64,000 nt of DNA from an uncultured Alphaproteobacteria bacterium (GCA_903893805.1 CAITNM010000026.1:2542-66541), one strand, 5' to 3'; counted from the first letter of the stretch, positions 47,757 through 58,433 are shown. Numbers and translations are program-made. The notes: generated by a model from the sequence alone, not told the origin.

Positions 47757-48587
47757 TTAGGCATTTTTTATTTCTAATGCCAAGTCGTAGGCTTGCTTTT
47801 TGGGAATGCTATGGGTTGTACTTACAATGCCGGCAATGTCTTTAATAGAATGAGTTTTTATAAGATCAGTGATTTGTTCATTGATGTTATCTAACGATGC
47901 TTCTTTTTCAGAAGGAGGGCTTAGCAGAACGACAATCTCACCTTTTATCGAACTACGCTTTGAAAACGTTTCAATGACCTCGTCAAATGTTCCAAAAATT
48001 GATTCTTCATAGATTTTTGAAATTTCACGTACAACCGCTACTTGTCTATCATTAAACGTGGTTGCCATAGATGCTAAAGTTTTCAAAAGCCTTCTAGCAG
48101 ATTCATAAAAAATCAACGTGCCCGGAATAGGTTGTAATTTTTTAGCTGCCTTTGATTCAAAAAATCCAGCAAAGAAAAATTGGTTTGTTGGCATGCCCGA
48201 TAAACATAAACCAGAAATAACAGCACAAGCACCAGGCAAAGCTGTGTAGTAAATCCCTCTTGCCTGAATTTCATGAATGAGTTTATATCCTGGATCTGAA
48301 ATAAGTGGCATTCCTGCGTCGCTGACAAGGCAAACCTTACCGTTTTGAGTAAGTTTTTCGATAATCTGCTCACGGGCTTTTTCAGCATTATGCTCATGAT
48401 ACGTTAGCAAAGGTTTTTTAATACCATAAGCTTGCAGCAGTTTGATTGTTACACGAGTGTCTTCGCAGTAAATAACATCGCATGCTTTCAGACATTCAAG
48501 TGCTCTTAAAGTTATATCCTTAAGATTTCCAATTGGGGTAGGGACAATGTATAGCCCAGATTTTAATTCAATATCCATAGCAGGCAA
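47757..48587 (-). CDS. rsmI: 16S rRNA C1402 2'-O-methyltransferase
   Basis: LYIVPTPIGNLKDIT, CEDTR, VSDAGMPLISDPG, REISKIYE. Confidence 0.96.
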   Translation of the reverse strand: MPAMDIELKSGLYIVPTPIGNLKDITLRALECLKACDVIYCEDTRVTIKLLQAYGIKKPLLTYHEHNAEKAREQIIEKLTQNGKVCLVSDAGMPLISDPGYKLIHEIQARGIYYTALPGACAVISGLCLSGMPTNQFFFAGFFESKAAKKLQPIPGTLIFYESARRLLKTLASMATTFNDRQVAVVREISKIYEESIFGTFDEVIETFSKRSSIKGEIVVLLSPPSEKEASLDNINEQITDLIKTHSIKDIAGIVSTTHSIPKKQAYDLALEIKNA

Positions 48588-48799
48588 TCATGGCGCAGTA
48601 ACAGATCTAGGACAATATAAATTACGCATGTTATTTTTGTTATTTTCCAAAATCGTTGCTTAAAGGAAAATGTTTTTGGAGCACCTTTAGGTGTGCCGAT
48701 CATAGGGGTTACATCAACTTCCAGCCCTTTAGAGACAAGCATGAAAAATACCAACCACCAGGTGCATGAAAATACCACAATACCGGCAATAATGCCCAT
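48563..48799 (-). CDS. DUF1467-like small membrane protein
   Basis: WWLVFFMLV...GTPKGAP. Confidence 0.75.
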   Translation of the reverse strand: MGIIAGIVVFSCTWWLVFFMLVSKGLEVDVTPMIGTPKGAPKTFSFKQRFWKITKITCVIYIVLDLLLRHDCLLWILN

Positions 48800-49875
48800 T
48801 AACTTATGTCTCCGCTTGAAAGACCATCAATCATTTTTAAATAGCGCTTATCTACAGCAAAATGTTTTTGTTCACTAGTATTGGCTTTAGGCTGCATATT
48901 TAGACGAAACGGCGTCGTAATAATAGTTTGATATTTGTTGTAAGCATTCTTTGGGTCTTTGGCAAAGTCTTCATTGTTTTTTGATATTAATACCATTTCT
49001 TCGCCTAAAGTTGCATATCCCATTATTAATCCAAAAAAATGAACACGACTTATTCCTAAAATTTTTGTTTCAACAAATACAGGTGCTCCACTTGTACCAG
49101 GAAGTGCTAGTCCATAGGGGCGCTTGTCATTCAGCCAGCTTTTTAAAGCAAAATAACGACGCTGCACACTCTCTGGTTCGTTCACTCCTGGTTTCACTTT
49201 TGGTAATTCGTTAGCAGGATCAAAGAAAATGGAACTTAACATAACTGTTCGATAGTTTGCTAAGGCATCTTCATCAACATTGGGGAAAAAAAGACTCCAT
49301 TCGTATAAATAAAACCCACGTTTTAATTTTTGTGAGGGGACGTCTGCATTGCCCCAAGTCATTACTAGCATCGGCACGTCGGGCTCTAGTGCAAGCTCTT
49401 CTTCAAGATTAACAGGTGTTATGTCCTCTACGGGCTCAGATAATTTTAAAATTGCTATATCAAATTTATGCTGATCGCCTGATTCAAAACGAATATAGCG
49501 GCTATCTAAAAGTACATATTCAACATTATATGTAGTTTCATGATCAGGACTGATACTAAAGGTTACAGTAAGTTGCTTAGGAGTGATCAGCAGATAAGCT
49601 CCCAAATCTTTCATTGGGTATTTTGCGTTTAGTAAGAGCTGCATGCCATGAGCTGCGGTAATGACAATATTTCTGCGTACTAAAACACCTGATTGCGTAA
49701 AACCTAAATTCCTATCTGTAATAAGTGCTGCGGTTTCATGCTGTGGGGAATTATAGGCTAGTGATACATGTTCTCTAATAGTGCCAGAAGCTACCATTGC
49801 AGTTACGGGCATGCTTATTAAAAAGAACCATAATACTTTAAAAAAATTATTGATTTTGTAATTCACGGCTTGCAT
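48799..49875 (-). CDS. Secreted trypsin-like (S1) serine protease
   Basis: SGVLV...VITAAHG, FDIAILKL, PGTSGAP; signal-like N-terminus. Confidence 0.75.
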   Translation of the reverse strand: MQAVNYKINNFFKVLWFFLISMPVTAMVASGTIREHVSLAYNSPQHETAALITDRNLGFTQSGVLVRRNIVITAAHGMQLLLNAKYPMKDLGAYLLITPKQLTVTFSISPDHETTYNVEYVLLDSRYIRFESGDQHKFDIAILKLSEPVEDITPVNLEEELALEPDVPMLVMTWGNADVPSQKLKRGFYLYEWSLFFPNVDEDALANYRTVMLSSIFFDPANELPKVKPGVNEPESVQRRYFALKSWLNDKRPYGLALPGTSGAPVFVETKILGISRVHFFGLIMGYATLGEEMVLISKNNEDFAKDPKNAYNKYQTIITTPFRLNMQPKANTSEQKHFAVDKRYLKMIDGLSSGDIS

Positions 49876-50950
49876 TTAAATCAATTCTTCGATCAACAAT
49901 CATGTACATTATGTCACCAATAAGGTGCAAAAACATACCCAATAATGTGAACATATAAAGGCATCCAAACATAACCGGATAATCACGACTTAGCGCTGCT
50001 TCAAAACCAAGCAAGCCTAGTCCGTCTAAGGAAAATAGTACCTCAATCAAAAGGCTAGAGGTAAATAAAATATGCACGAAAGCAGCAGGAAAACCGGCAA
50101 TTACTATCAGCATTGCATTGCGAAAAATATGACCATATAAAATTTTATTTTCTTCTAAACCTTTTGCGCGTGCCGTTGTTACGTATTGTTTATTTATTTC
50201 CTCAAGAAATGAATTTTTAGTAAGTAGGGTTAGTTTTGCAAATCCCGATATTACCATGGCCAATAGGGGTAAAAATAAATGCCAAAAATAATCAGTGATT
50301 TTTCCTATAAAACTCAAATCAGACCAATGATCTGAAAACAACCCTCGCAAGGGGAAAAATTGGAAAAAGCTACCGCCAGCAAAAAGCACAATCAAAAATA
50401 AAGCAAACAAAAAACTAGGAACAGCGTAAGCCACTACAACAATTCCACTGGTTATAATATCAAATCTGCTGCCATCATGAACTGCTTTTCGAATTCCAAG
50501 CGGGATGGAAATAAGATATACAAGCAGCGTCGTCCAAAGTCCTAATGATATTGAAACAGGCAGTTTTGCCTTTATAACCTCAATCACTGACTTGTCACGA
50601 AAATAACTTTTTCCAAAATCAAAACATGCATAATTTTTTAACATTAAGAAAAAGCGTTCGTGGGCAGGCTTATCAAAACCAAACTGTATTTCAAGCTGTT
50701 TAATGAAAGCAGGGTCAATACCTTGCGCGCCTCGGTAGCTCTGGTCAGTGCCAAATGTTTGTTCTCGTTGCATTTGATCGCCGCTGCTGCCAAGCCGTGA
50801 ATCAACATCGCTTGCATCGCCACGCATTTGACTGATCACTTGCTGAATAGGCCCACCAGGAGCAGCCTGAACAATAATAAAATTAAGCAGCATAATCCCC
50901 AACATGGTGGGAATAACAAGTAGTAATCGACGCGCAATATATCCTATCAT
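49847..50950 (-). CDS. yejB: Peptide ABC permease YejB
   Basis: YIARRLLLVIPT, APGGP, FDFGKSYF, EEINKQYVTTARAKG. Confidence 0.9.
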   Translation of the reverse strand: MIGYIARRLLLVIPTMLGIMLLNFIIVQAAPGGPIQQVISQMRGDASDVDSRLGSSGDQMQREQTFGTDQSYRGAQGIDPAFIKQLEIQFGFDKPAHERFFLMLKNYACFDFGKSYFRDKSVIEVIKAKLPVSISLGLWTTLLVYLISIPLGIRKAVHDGSRFDIITSGIVVVAYAVPSFLFALFLIVLFAGGSFFQFFPLRGLFSDHWSDLSFIGKITDYFWHLFLPLLAMVISGFAKLTLLTKNSFLEEINKQYVTTARAKGLEENKILYGHIFRNAMLIVIAGFPAAFVHILFTSSLLIEVLFSLDGLGLLGFEAALSRDYPVMFGCLYMFTLLGMFLHLIGDIMYMIVDRRIDLNASRELQNQ

Positions 50951-52834
50951 CTAAGAAATCCAACCTCTTATAGTACACATGATTTTGTTAATTATTCCTT
51001 GGTCTTGCTGTACTTCTTCTTGTTGTTGAATATCTGGTTTTTCCCACCAGGTTAGCACTGGGAAGGGCGAATACTTTGGTGATTTTTCAGGCATTGCAAA
51101 CTTATTCCAATACGCGGCGCGTAATCCTGCAAAATCCCAGTTCATAATCATGTAATAATTCCAGCATAATACGCGGTCTATAGCATGGACACAATTCAAC
51201 ATTTCTTGGTAATTTTTAGCCACAATCAATTTTTCAATTAATTCATCTACTACAGTATTTTCAATGCCCGCCAGGTTTTTAGAACCTTTTATGCGTGCGG
51301 ACTTACTACCAAAATATTCTCGCTGTTCATTGCCTAATGAATGGCTTTGCGCAATGCCTACCATAGCCATATCAAAATCAAATTGATCGACCATTTCTGT
51401 GTATGTGCTTGCATCTACTTGCCGTGGCTTTAAATCTATGCCTGCAACAGATAAATTGCGCTGCAGGTGTAAAATAACTTTTTCAAGAGAGGTGTTTGTA
51501 TAAGGAAAAATAATTTCAAAAATTTCGCCTCTAGAATTGGTAAGTTTCTGGTCTTTTAATTCCCATCCAGCTTCTTTTAGTAATTCCAGGGCTTGCTGTA
51601 AAATTTCCCTGGGTAAAATATCTTCTTTGTATGCAAGGTTTTTAAAAGAAGGCCCAAATACTTCGGCTGGTAGCTTATCTTTATAAGGTTGCAAAAGATT
51701 AAGCTCTTCTCCTGCCGGTTCACCGCTATGAGCTAGCTCAGCATTGCCATAATAGCTATTTAAACGATAGTACTCGTTATAGAACATTGATTTGTTTAAG
51801 CTTTCAAAGTTGAAAAGCATGGAAATAGCTTTTCTAACTCGAATATCTTGAAATTTTTTGTTTCTTAAATTAAAAACGAAACCCTTGGTAGCTTGAATGC
51901 TGCTCCCGGGGATGATTTTCTTTATAATTTTTCTATCCTTTACAGCAGAAATATCGTAGTCTGTGTGCCATTTATTGGCAGAGGCTTCGATCCATAAATT
52001 TGAACCACCTGCTAAAAAGCTTTGAAATGCAGCATTTTGATCTCGAAAGTATTGAAGTTCAATTTTGTCAAAATTATACTGCCCAACGTTTGATGGAATT
52101 TCTTCTCCCCACCAATTTTTCACTCGTTCAAAAACAAGGGTACGCCCAAAGTCAGCCACGCTTATTTTGTACGGTCCGCTTGACGGAAATGGTTTTGTTA
52201 TAACGCCACTCTCGTTCATGTTTTCTTTGAAAAACTTACTGGGGTAGATATATATTTGTCCTAATATGCTTGGGAGCTCTTTATTTTTGGGGTTTTTGCT
52301 GTAAAATTTAACAGTATGTTGGTCGCTTGCTTCAACTTTTGAAATATCCTTATAATACTGCTTCATCATAGGGTTAATTTTTATTAAAAAATTAAAACTC
52401 CAAATAACGTCTTCAGCAGTTATTGGAGTGCCATCAGAAAATGCTGCTTCTTCTCGAAGGTGGTAAGTAATTGTTTTTTTGTCATCACTTATTTCTAGAT
52501 TTTTCGCTACATATGGATAGCTGATTCCGACTTCATCCTGCGATTCGTCAAGCAATTTTGCAAAACAGAATATTGCAATATGAATAGGTGAAGTGCCCAT
52601 TATAGCAAAGGGATTTAACCCATCATACGTTCCAACTACTGCAAATTTTAAAGCGCCTCCCTTAGGTGCATTAGAGTTTACGTAGTCAAAGCATTGAGCG
52701 TTTGCATCATACTTTGGTGCAACATTATATACGCTGAAATAAGGAGCGGATTCAGCACTAAGATTCGCAAATAAGAAACTGAAAAGAACTACGACAATTT
52801 TTTGTTGTGTTTTGCGCGAAAGCTTAAAGCCCAT
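50951..52834 (-). CDS. yejA: Peptide ABC substrate-binding protein YejA
   Basis: FDYVNSNAPKGG, YDGLNPF, SGPYKI, WGEEIPSNVGQYNFD, DRVLCWNYYMI. Confidence 0.88.
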   Translation of the reverse strand: MGFKLSRKTQQKIVVVLFSFLFANLSAESAPYFSVYNVAPKYDANAQCFDYVNSNAPKGGALKFAVVGTYDGLNPFAIMGTSPIHIAIFCFAKLLDESQDEVGISYPYVAKNLEISDDKKTITYHLREEAAFSDGTPITAEDVIWSFNFLIKINPMMKQYYKDISKVEASDQHTVKFYSKNPKNKELPSILGQIYIYPSKFFKENMNESGVITKPFPSSGPYKISVADFGRTLVFERVKNWWGEEIPSNVGQYNFDKIELQYFRDQNAAFQSFLAGGSNLWIEASANKWHTDYDISAVKDRKIIKKIIPGSSIQATKGFVFNLRNKKFQDIRVRKAISMLFNFESLNKSMFYNEYYRLNSYYGNAELAHSGEPAGEELNLLQPYKDKLPAEVFGPSFKNLAYKEDILPREILQQALELLKEAGWELKDQKLTNSRGEIFEIIFPYTNTSLEKVILHLQRNLSVAGIDLKPRQVDASTYTEMVDQFDFDMAMVGIAQSHSLGNEQREYFGSKSARIKGSKNLAGIENTVVDELIEKLIVAKNYQEMLNCVHAIDRVLCWNYYMIMNWDFAGLRAAYWNKFAMPEKSPKYSPFPVLTWWEKPDIQQQEEVQQDQGIINKIMCTIRGWIS

Positions 52835-54102
52835 GCATTTTTCTCCTGTTGATGTGTTCTTGATATAGCTAAGCTGTCGGGTCCGACATCTTCTGTAATT
52901 ACACTGCCTGCTGCAATGTATGCTCCATCACTAATCGAAATGGGTGCTATAAGAGTGCTATTAGCTCCCACCATAACATTTTTTCCAATTTGAGTTTTGA
53001 ATTTTTCAAAGCCATTATAATTGCATGTGATTGTTCCAGCTCCAATATTAGCACCTTCTCCAACAGTTGCGTCGCCGATATAACTTAGGTGTTTCGCTTT
53101 TGCATTTTTGCTTATAGTCGAGCCCTTTACTTCAACAAAATTTCCTATGGAAGCGTGCTCTTCAACTACGACATTGCCGCGTAAATGTGCAAATGGCCCA
53201 ATGCTTACTGCGCTTTCTATTGTGCAATTTGAAAGGTATGAAAACCCTAATATTTTTGTATTTTGTGCAATGTGAACATTTTCACCAATGTAGACAGACT
53301 GCTCAATAATTGAACCAGCGCCTATTTCGGCGTCATGATTAACATAACTAGTATCGGGTAATAAAAATTGCACTCCATTTAGCATATGCTGAGTTTTAAT
53401 GCGACGTTGCAGTATTTTTTCTGCTTGTGAAAGCTCCACAAGAGTGTTCACTCCTAAGAAATTTTCTTCGTCAGCAAGCACTAGAGCTGTTGTATATTTT
53501 TTAGCGTTAGCTAGCTCAACAAGATCAGTGGCATAAATTTCTCCAGATTCTGGAGTAATTTTTAAATCAGGTAAAAGCTTTTTGAGCATTCCTAGGTTAA
53601 AAGCGTAAACACCTGCGTTTCCAATTGAAACATTTTTCACGCTTTCATTATATTTTGTTTCTTTGATTGTAATCGGATAACCTTCGTTATTGAGCTCAAT
53701 ACGACCGTATGATTTGCTTAAGTCATCAAGCTGCATTCCCACAACTGTTAGGTCGGCTTTTGAATGTTCTAAATTTTTAAGATCTTGGGGGTTTAAAAGT
53801 GGTGTGTCAGCACAAAGCAAGAAAACCTTATCAGTATTACTTTTAAGTTTTTTCACTCCAAGCCTAAGTGCGTCACCCGTACCTAAGGGGACGTCCTGCA
53901 CAATAACCTCAGCGCCTTTTAATATTTCATGATGTACAAGTTCAGGTGATGTGACAACAATAACCTGATCTGCCTTTAAAATTTTTACCGCATCTAATAC
54001 CCACTGCAACATAGGTTTTCCGGCAACTTTATGAAGCACCTTAGGTAAAGAGCTTTTCATACGCTTGCCGTGTCCAGCGCTCAAAATGATTACAGCTTTC
54101 AT
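52789..54102 (-). CDS. glmU: Bifunctional GlmU
   Basis: ILSAGHGKRMKSSLPKVLH, LGTGDA, IGPFAHLR, GNFVEVK, HLSYIGDA. Confidence 0.96.
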   Translation of the reverse strand: MKAVIILSAGHGKRMKSSLPKVLHKVAGKPMLQWVLDAVKILKADQVIVVTSPELVHHEILKGAEVIVQDVPLGTGDALRLGVKKLKSNTDKVFLLCADTPLLNPQDLKNLEHSKADLTVVGMQLDDLSKSYGRIELNNEGYPITIKETKYNESVKNVSIGNAGVYAFNLGMLKKLLPDLKITPESGEIYATDLVELANAKKYTTALVLADEENFLGVNTLVELSQAEKILQRRIKTQHMLNGVQFLLPDTSYVNHDAEIGAGSIIEQSVYIGENVHIAQNTKILGFSYLSNCTIESAVSIGPFAHLRGNVVVEEHASIGNFVEVKGSTISKNAKAKHLSYIGDATVGEGANIGAGTITCNYNGFEKFKTQIGKNVMVGANSTLIAPISISDGAYIAAGSVITEDVGPDSLAISRTHQQEKNAWALSFRAKHNKKLS

Positions 54103-54152
54103 CGTTGTTTGTGCTAAAGTTTGCCCCAATACCATACCATGTGTTCATCTTA

Positions 54153-54716
54153 ATGGCTATTCTAGGCTTTTCACTGTCTACCGGCGTTTGTCAATTAGCG
54201 TGGCATCATGACGGCGTATTTAAAGAACAAGTTACTGTATTAGAGTCTGGGCAAACGCATGCGGGAATTTTAACATGCCTGATTAAAGACTTCTTGCCTA
54301 TGCCTCCAAAGGTTGTTGCTACAACAACAGGACCCGGTTCTTTTACTAGTATTCGCATTCAGCTAGCAACAGCAATTGGTCTTAAAATAGGGTATGGGGC
54401 AACGCTTTTTTGTCCGAATACCCTTGATCTTTTGCAATGGGCTTTTGATGGAGCAATTCCAGTTATCGATAGTTTTCGAGGTGATTATTTTGCAAAAATC
54501 GATGACACAGTTGGCTGCATAACAGAACAAGAACTAAACGTTTTAAAGACTCAAGGAAAATCCATTTGTGGTGATATGGGGCAGGCGCCTAAAAATTTAG
54601 CTCTCCATTTGCTACAATACTATTTAGTTCATCCAAACCCTGAAAGCTTAGGCACACCAGAACCTTATTATGTTAGAACACCAGAATATAAAACCAGAGC
54701 CAATTACCAAGGATGA
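54153..54716 (+). CDS. tsaB: t6A biosynthesis protein TsaB
   Basis: TTGPGSFTSIRI, PEPYYVR; start moved to ATG 54153. Confidence 0.85.
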   Translation: MAILGFSLSTGVCQLAWHHDGVFKEQVTVLESGQTHAGILTCLIKDFLPMPPKVVATTTGPGSFTSIRIQLATAIGLKIGYGATLFCPNTLDLLQWAFDGAIPVIDSFRGDYFAKIDDTVGCITEQELNVLKTQGKSICGDMGQAPKNLALHLLQYYLVHPNPESLGTPEPYYVRTPEYKTRANYQG

Positions 54717-55122
54717 TGCCTCCTGGTTTCAGCCTTTGTTTAAAGTGTGCTTTGATCGAGAGGAGCTTTGGTCGCAGCATTTGGGTGACAACAAATATGA
54801 AGCTTTTCATATTGATAAGCAGGCGTTTATTTTTATTTATACCGTTGAAGATTGCACTGATTTGTTAACGCTCGGTGTGCATCCAGCACAACGGAAAAAA
54901 GGATTTGCCACAGCTTTACTGAAATGGGTAATTACTAAAGCTCCGAAAGCTCAAAGATTTTTCCTGGATGTTGAATGTCAAAATATTGCAGCTATTCAAT
55001 TATATAAAAAAATTGGCTTTGAATTCGTGTCCATCCGTAAGAGGTATTACCCACAATTTTCTGGTCCTGCACTTGATGCATTTGTCATGACTTATCAAAA
55101 GCCGTTGAAGACGCTATCATGA
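54670..55122 (+). CDS. rimI: RimI-like acetyltransferase
   Basis: LTLGVHPAQRKKGFA, FLDVECQNIAAIQLYKKIGF...RKRYY; follows tsaB. Confidence 0.8.
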   Translation: MLEHQNIKPEPITKDDASWFQPLFKVCFDREELWSQHLGDNKYEAFHIDKQAFIFIYTVEDCTDLLTLGVHPAQRKKGFATALLKWVITKAPKAQRFFLDVECQNIAAIQLYKKIGFEFVSIRKRYYPQFSGPALDAFVMTYQKPLKTLS

Positions 55123-55144
55123 GGCACTTTACGAAAGGTAGTTT

Positions 55145-56167
55145 ATGAACCCAATTACACAACGGCGCCTGTATCAGTTCAAGGCAAACAAGCGCGGGTA
55201 TTACTCATTTCTAATTTTTGTAGGCATTTTTTTAGTAACCTTGTGTGCTGAATTCATTGCAAATGACAAGCCACTTTTGGTTAGCTACAAGGGAAATTAC
55301 TATTTTCCTGTGCTAAAGAGTTATCCCGAAACAACTTTTGGTGGCACATTTGAAACCTCCACAAACTACCGTGATCCATTTGTGCAAAACCTTATAAAGC
55401 CCGATGGTTTTATTATTTGGGCACCAATTCCTTTTGGCATTAATACAGTTAATTATGCCCTTAGTTCACCGGCTCCATCGCCTCCTACCTTTGACAATCT
55501 TCTGGGAACCGATGATCAAGGGCGTGATGTTCTAACCCGTTCTCTTTATGGTTTTCGTATTTCTATTTTATTTGGTTTAGCGCTTACTTTAGGGGCTTCA
55601 ATTGTTGGAATTTTCACCGGCTCTCTTCAAGGGTATTTTGGAGGACGGTTTGATCTGCTGATGCAGCGATTCATTGAAATCTGGAGTAACTTACCAGTTT
55701 TATACCTATTGATTATTCTTTCTAGCATGATTGAGCCGAATTTCTGGTGGCTATTAGCAATTATGCTGACGTTTTCATGGATGACCCTTGTTGGCGTTGT
55801 CAGAGCTGAATTTTTCCGCACGCGTACGCTTGATTATGTTCGTGCAGCCGAAGCGTTAGGGGTTCCAAGCAGTCGCATTATATGGCGGCACATGCTACCT
55901 AATGCAATGGTGGCGGTCATTACCTATTTACCGTTTATACTGAACGGTTCTATTGCTACGTTAACATCTCTTGATTTTTTGGGGTTTGGATTGCCGCCAG
56001 GATCTGCTTCATTAGGCGAACTGATAACTCAGGCCAAAAATAATATCCAAGCACCATGGCTGGGGTTAACAGCATTCTTTTCAATATCTGTGCTTTTAAG
56101 TTTGCTGATTTTTACAGGTGAAGCGGTACGCGATGCATTTGATTCCAGAAAAATCAAAATTGGGTAA
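55145..56167 (+). CDS. yejE: Peptide ABC permease YejE
   Basis: FKANKRGYYS, AEFIANDKP, LGTDDQGRDV, LDFLGFGLPPG, GEAVRDAFD. Confidence 0.9.
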   Translation: MNPITQRRLYQFKANKRGYYSFLIFVGIFLVTLCAEFIANDKPLLVSYKGNYYFPVLKSYPETTFGGTFETSTNYRDPFVQNLIKPDGFIIWAPIPFGINTVNYALSSPAPSPPTFDNLLGTDDQGRDVLTRSLYGFRISILFGLALTLGASIVGIFTGSLQGYFGGRFDLLMQRFIEIWSNLPVLYLLIILSSMIEPNFWWLLAIMLTFSWMTLVGVVRAEFFRTRTLDYVRAAEALGVPSSRIIWRHMLPNAMVAVITYLPFILNGSIATLTSLDFLGFGLPPGSASLGELITQAKNNIQAPWLGLTAFFSISVLLSLLIFTGEAVRDAFDSRKIKIG

Positions 56168-56244
56168 GCCATTTCAGCTTATTAATCTATTTTTAATATC
56201 CCTATTGCACACTGAAATTCAGAGCAGTTGCCTTAGGGGTTTTT

Positions 56245-56733
56245 GTGAAATTAGTCTTATTTTTAATAGGTTTTTTTGGGACATTCAGCCCAATTAATGC
56301 AGTAGCAGATGATATTCGAGATTTAAGCGATCCGTGTGCTTATCTCAACACTCTTGACGGTAAACCGCTAACTTACAAGCAAGCTTTAGCAACAGTGTTA
56401 GAAAATTTAAGTGACTTTTCTGATGAAGATAAAGATGTTATTCAAAATGGAATGGGTCTGTTTTCTTGCCCAGTTGTAGGAGAAGTAAGTTTTTATCATG
56501 TTCATTATCTTGAACTTGAAGAAAGCATAAAAAACCTTACCAAGGTACTTGAACAAAGAAATGTTGCTTTTGAACTTTTTAGTTTTAAGCCTTCTACCCA
56601 AGCAACTGAGGGCCTGAAATCTTATTCCGTAGAATATCTCATGAATTATAGTGTGTGGTATGGATTGGGCACTATTAGTTCAAATGCATGGAAATACAAA
56701 CAAAAACAGAAAAATATTGGAGAATGGTATTAA
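56245..56733 (+). CDS. Secreted hypothetical protein
   Basis: Signal-like N-terminus; no family recognised. Confidence 0.55.
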   Translation: MKLVLFLIGFFGTFSPINAVADDIRDLSDPCAYLNTLDGKPLTYKQALATVLENLSDFSDEDKDVIQNGMGLFSCPVVGEVSFYHVHYLELEESIKNLTKVLEQRNVAFELFSFKPSTQATEGLKSYSVEYLMNYSVWYGLGTISSNAWKYKQKQKNIGEWY

Positions 56734-56740
56734 TCTTTAC

Positions 56741-57370
56741 TTACCCGCATTGACGCAGTTGATTCACAAATTCTGCAAGGCCTATCTGACGTTTACGTCT
56801 GGTTCTTTCTGCGGTTAGTATTGCAGCAATTTGTGCCAGACTTTTTTCAAAAGCTTGATTGACTATTACATAATGGTATTCCGGCCAGTGACTTATTTCT
56901 GATGCTGCTTCGTTCATTCTTATGCTGATTATTTCGTCATTATCCTGAGCTCTGCTTTTTAGTCGTTCGTATAATGTAGGCAAATCAGGTGGCAAAATAA
57001 AAACAGTTACCAAATCATTCGGCGCTAATTGAGCGATTTGTTGTGTGCCCTGCCAGTCAATGTCAAAAACAACATCAAACCCCATTTCCAATTGTTCGAA
57101 TACAAACTTTTTCGGAGTTCCGTAAAAATGCCCGAATACTTCTGCATGTTCTAAAAGTTCGTCATTGTCTAGCATTTCTTTAAACTGATCTTCAGTGATG
57201 AAAAAATAATCTTTTCCATGAGTTTCTAATGGGCGCTTGGAGCGCGTTGTTACTGAAATTGAATTTTTTAAATGACTATCTTGTTTAAGCAATGCATGAG
57301 CGATTGAGGTTTTTCCAGCTCCTGAAGGTGATGACAATATCAACATCAATCCCCGTCTTTTAATATTCAT
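56741..57370 (-). CDS. gmk: Guanylate kinase
   Basis: SSPSGAGKT, SVTTR, EVFGHFYGT, DIDWQG. Confidence 0.97.
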   Translation of the reverse strand: MNIKRRGLMLILSSPSGAGKTSIAHALLKQDSHLKNSISVTTRSKRPLETHGKDYFFITEDQFKEMLDNDELLEHAEVFGHFYGTPKKFVFEQLEMGFDVVFDIDWQGTQQIAQLAPNDLVTVFILPPDLPTLYERLKSRAQDNDEIISIRMNEAASEISHWPEYHYVIVNQAFEKSLAQIAAILTAERTRRKRQIGLAEFVNQLRQCG

Positions 57371-58344
57371 GGTTGCATCTTTCTTTGTTTCTCAATTTGT
57401 CGCAGATTCTTAACATTTTGGTTGTGAGTGCCCAAATTAGAACTGAATTCATGACCTCCGGCACCGCTTGCCACAAAATATAAATAGGTTGTTTGAGCAG
57501 GTTTTAGAACTGCCATAATGCTAGCTTTACCAGGACAGGCGATTGGCGTGGGTGGCAGGCCTTTGTTTAAGTACGTATTGTACGGTGAATCCGTGGCAAG
57601 GTCGCTTTTGAAAATAGGTCTGTAAAAAGACGTTTGTCCTTTAGTGACGGCATAAATGACGGTAGGGTCAGCTTGTAAGGGCATGTTAATTTGCAACCGA
57701 TTTAAATATACTGACGCTACCAGATCTCGTTCTTCTTCCAATCCTGTTTCTTTTTCTACAATTGAAGCAAGGGTCAGAACTTCATCCCAATTTTTAAAAA
57801 AGCATTGTTTTTGATATATTGCCCATACTATGCTTTTAAGAATTTCCATGGCTTTTACCATGCGCTGCAATATTTGTTGTCGCGACTCTCCCCAATAATA
57901 ATCATAGGTTTCAGGTAGCAACGTGCCTTCTAAAGGCAGTATTTCAATAGTGCCTGTTAGAATCGAAATGTCTTCAAGTTTTTTTGAAATTTCATAAACA
58001 GTAAGGCCTTCGGGGATTGTTAGGTGGTGAATAACAACCTCTCCTTTTGCTATTTTTTGCATCAATTTCCACAAGGTAATTTTTGGATCAATTAAGTATT
58101 CCCCATGTTTCAACGATTCTTTTCTAATCTTGAAAAATGCTACTCCACATAAAAAGCTTACCGTATGTGGAATTATTTTTTGTTCTTTTAAAGAACTTGT
58201 AATTGATAAGGTGGAATCGCCTTTTTTAATAATGAATGTAGTGTTTTCGCTTACGTTTAAAGGTACTAAAAGTCCACCAGGAGCATAAAATACGATTCCC
58301 CCGATAATTGAAAACGATAGAATGAGAAATATAAAACGACGCAT
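57367..58344 (-). CDS. mltG: Endolytic transglycosylase MltG
   Basis: TIPEG, EGTLLPETY, LASIVEKET, NRLQINMPLQADPTVIY, SPYNTY. Confidence 0.95.
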   Translation of the reverse strand: MRRFIFLILSFSIIGGIVFYAPGGLLVPLNVSENTTFIIKKGDSTLSITSSLKEQKIIPHTVSFLCGVAFFKIRKESLKHGEYLIDPKITLWKLMQKIAKGEVVIHHLTIPEGLTVYEISKKLEDISILTGTIEILPLEGTLLPETYDYYWGESRQQILQRMVKAMEILKSIVWAIYQKQCFFKNWDEVLTLASIVEKETGLEEERDLVASVYLNRLQINMPLQADPTVIYAVTKGQTSFYRPIFKSDLATDSPYNTYLNKGLPPTPIACPGKASIMAVLKPAQTTYLYFVASGAGGHEFSSNLGTHNQNVKNLRQIEKQRKMQP

Positions 58345-58358
58345 AAGACACAACGAAA

Positions 58359-58433
58359 TGGTGGTCGCAACAGGGATTGAACCTGTGACCCCTACAATGT
58401 CAATGTAGTGCTCTACCGCTGAGCTATGCGACC
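58359..58433 (-). tRNA. tRNA-Val (GAC)
   Basis: GGTCGCATAGCTCAG...CTACA TT GAC AT TGTAG...GGTTCAATC...ACCA. Confidence 0.96.
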
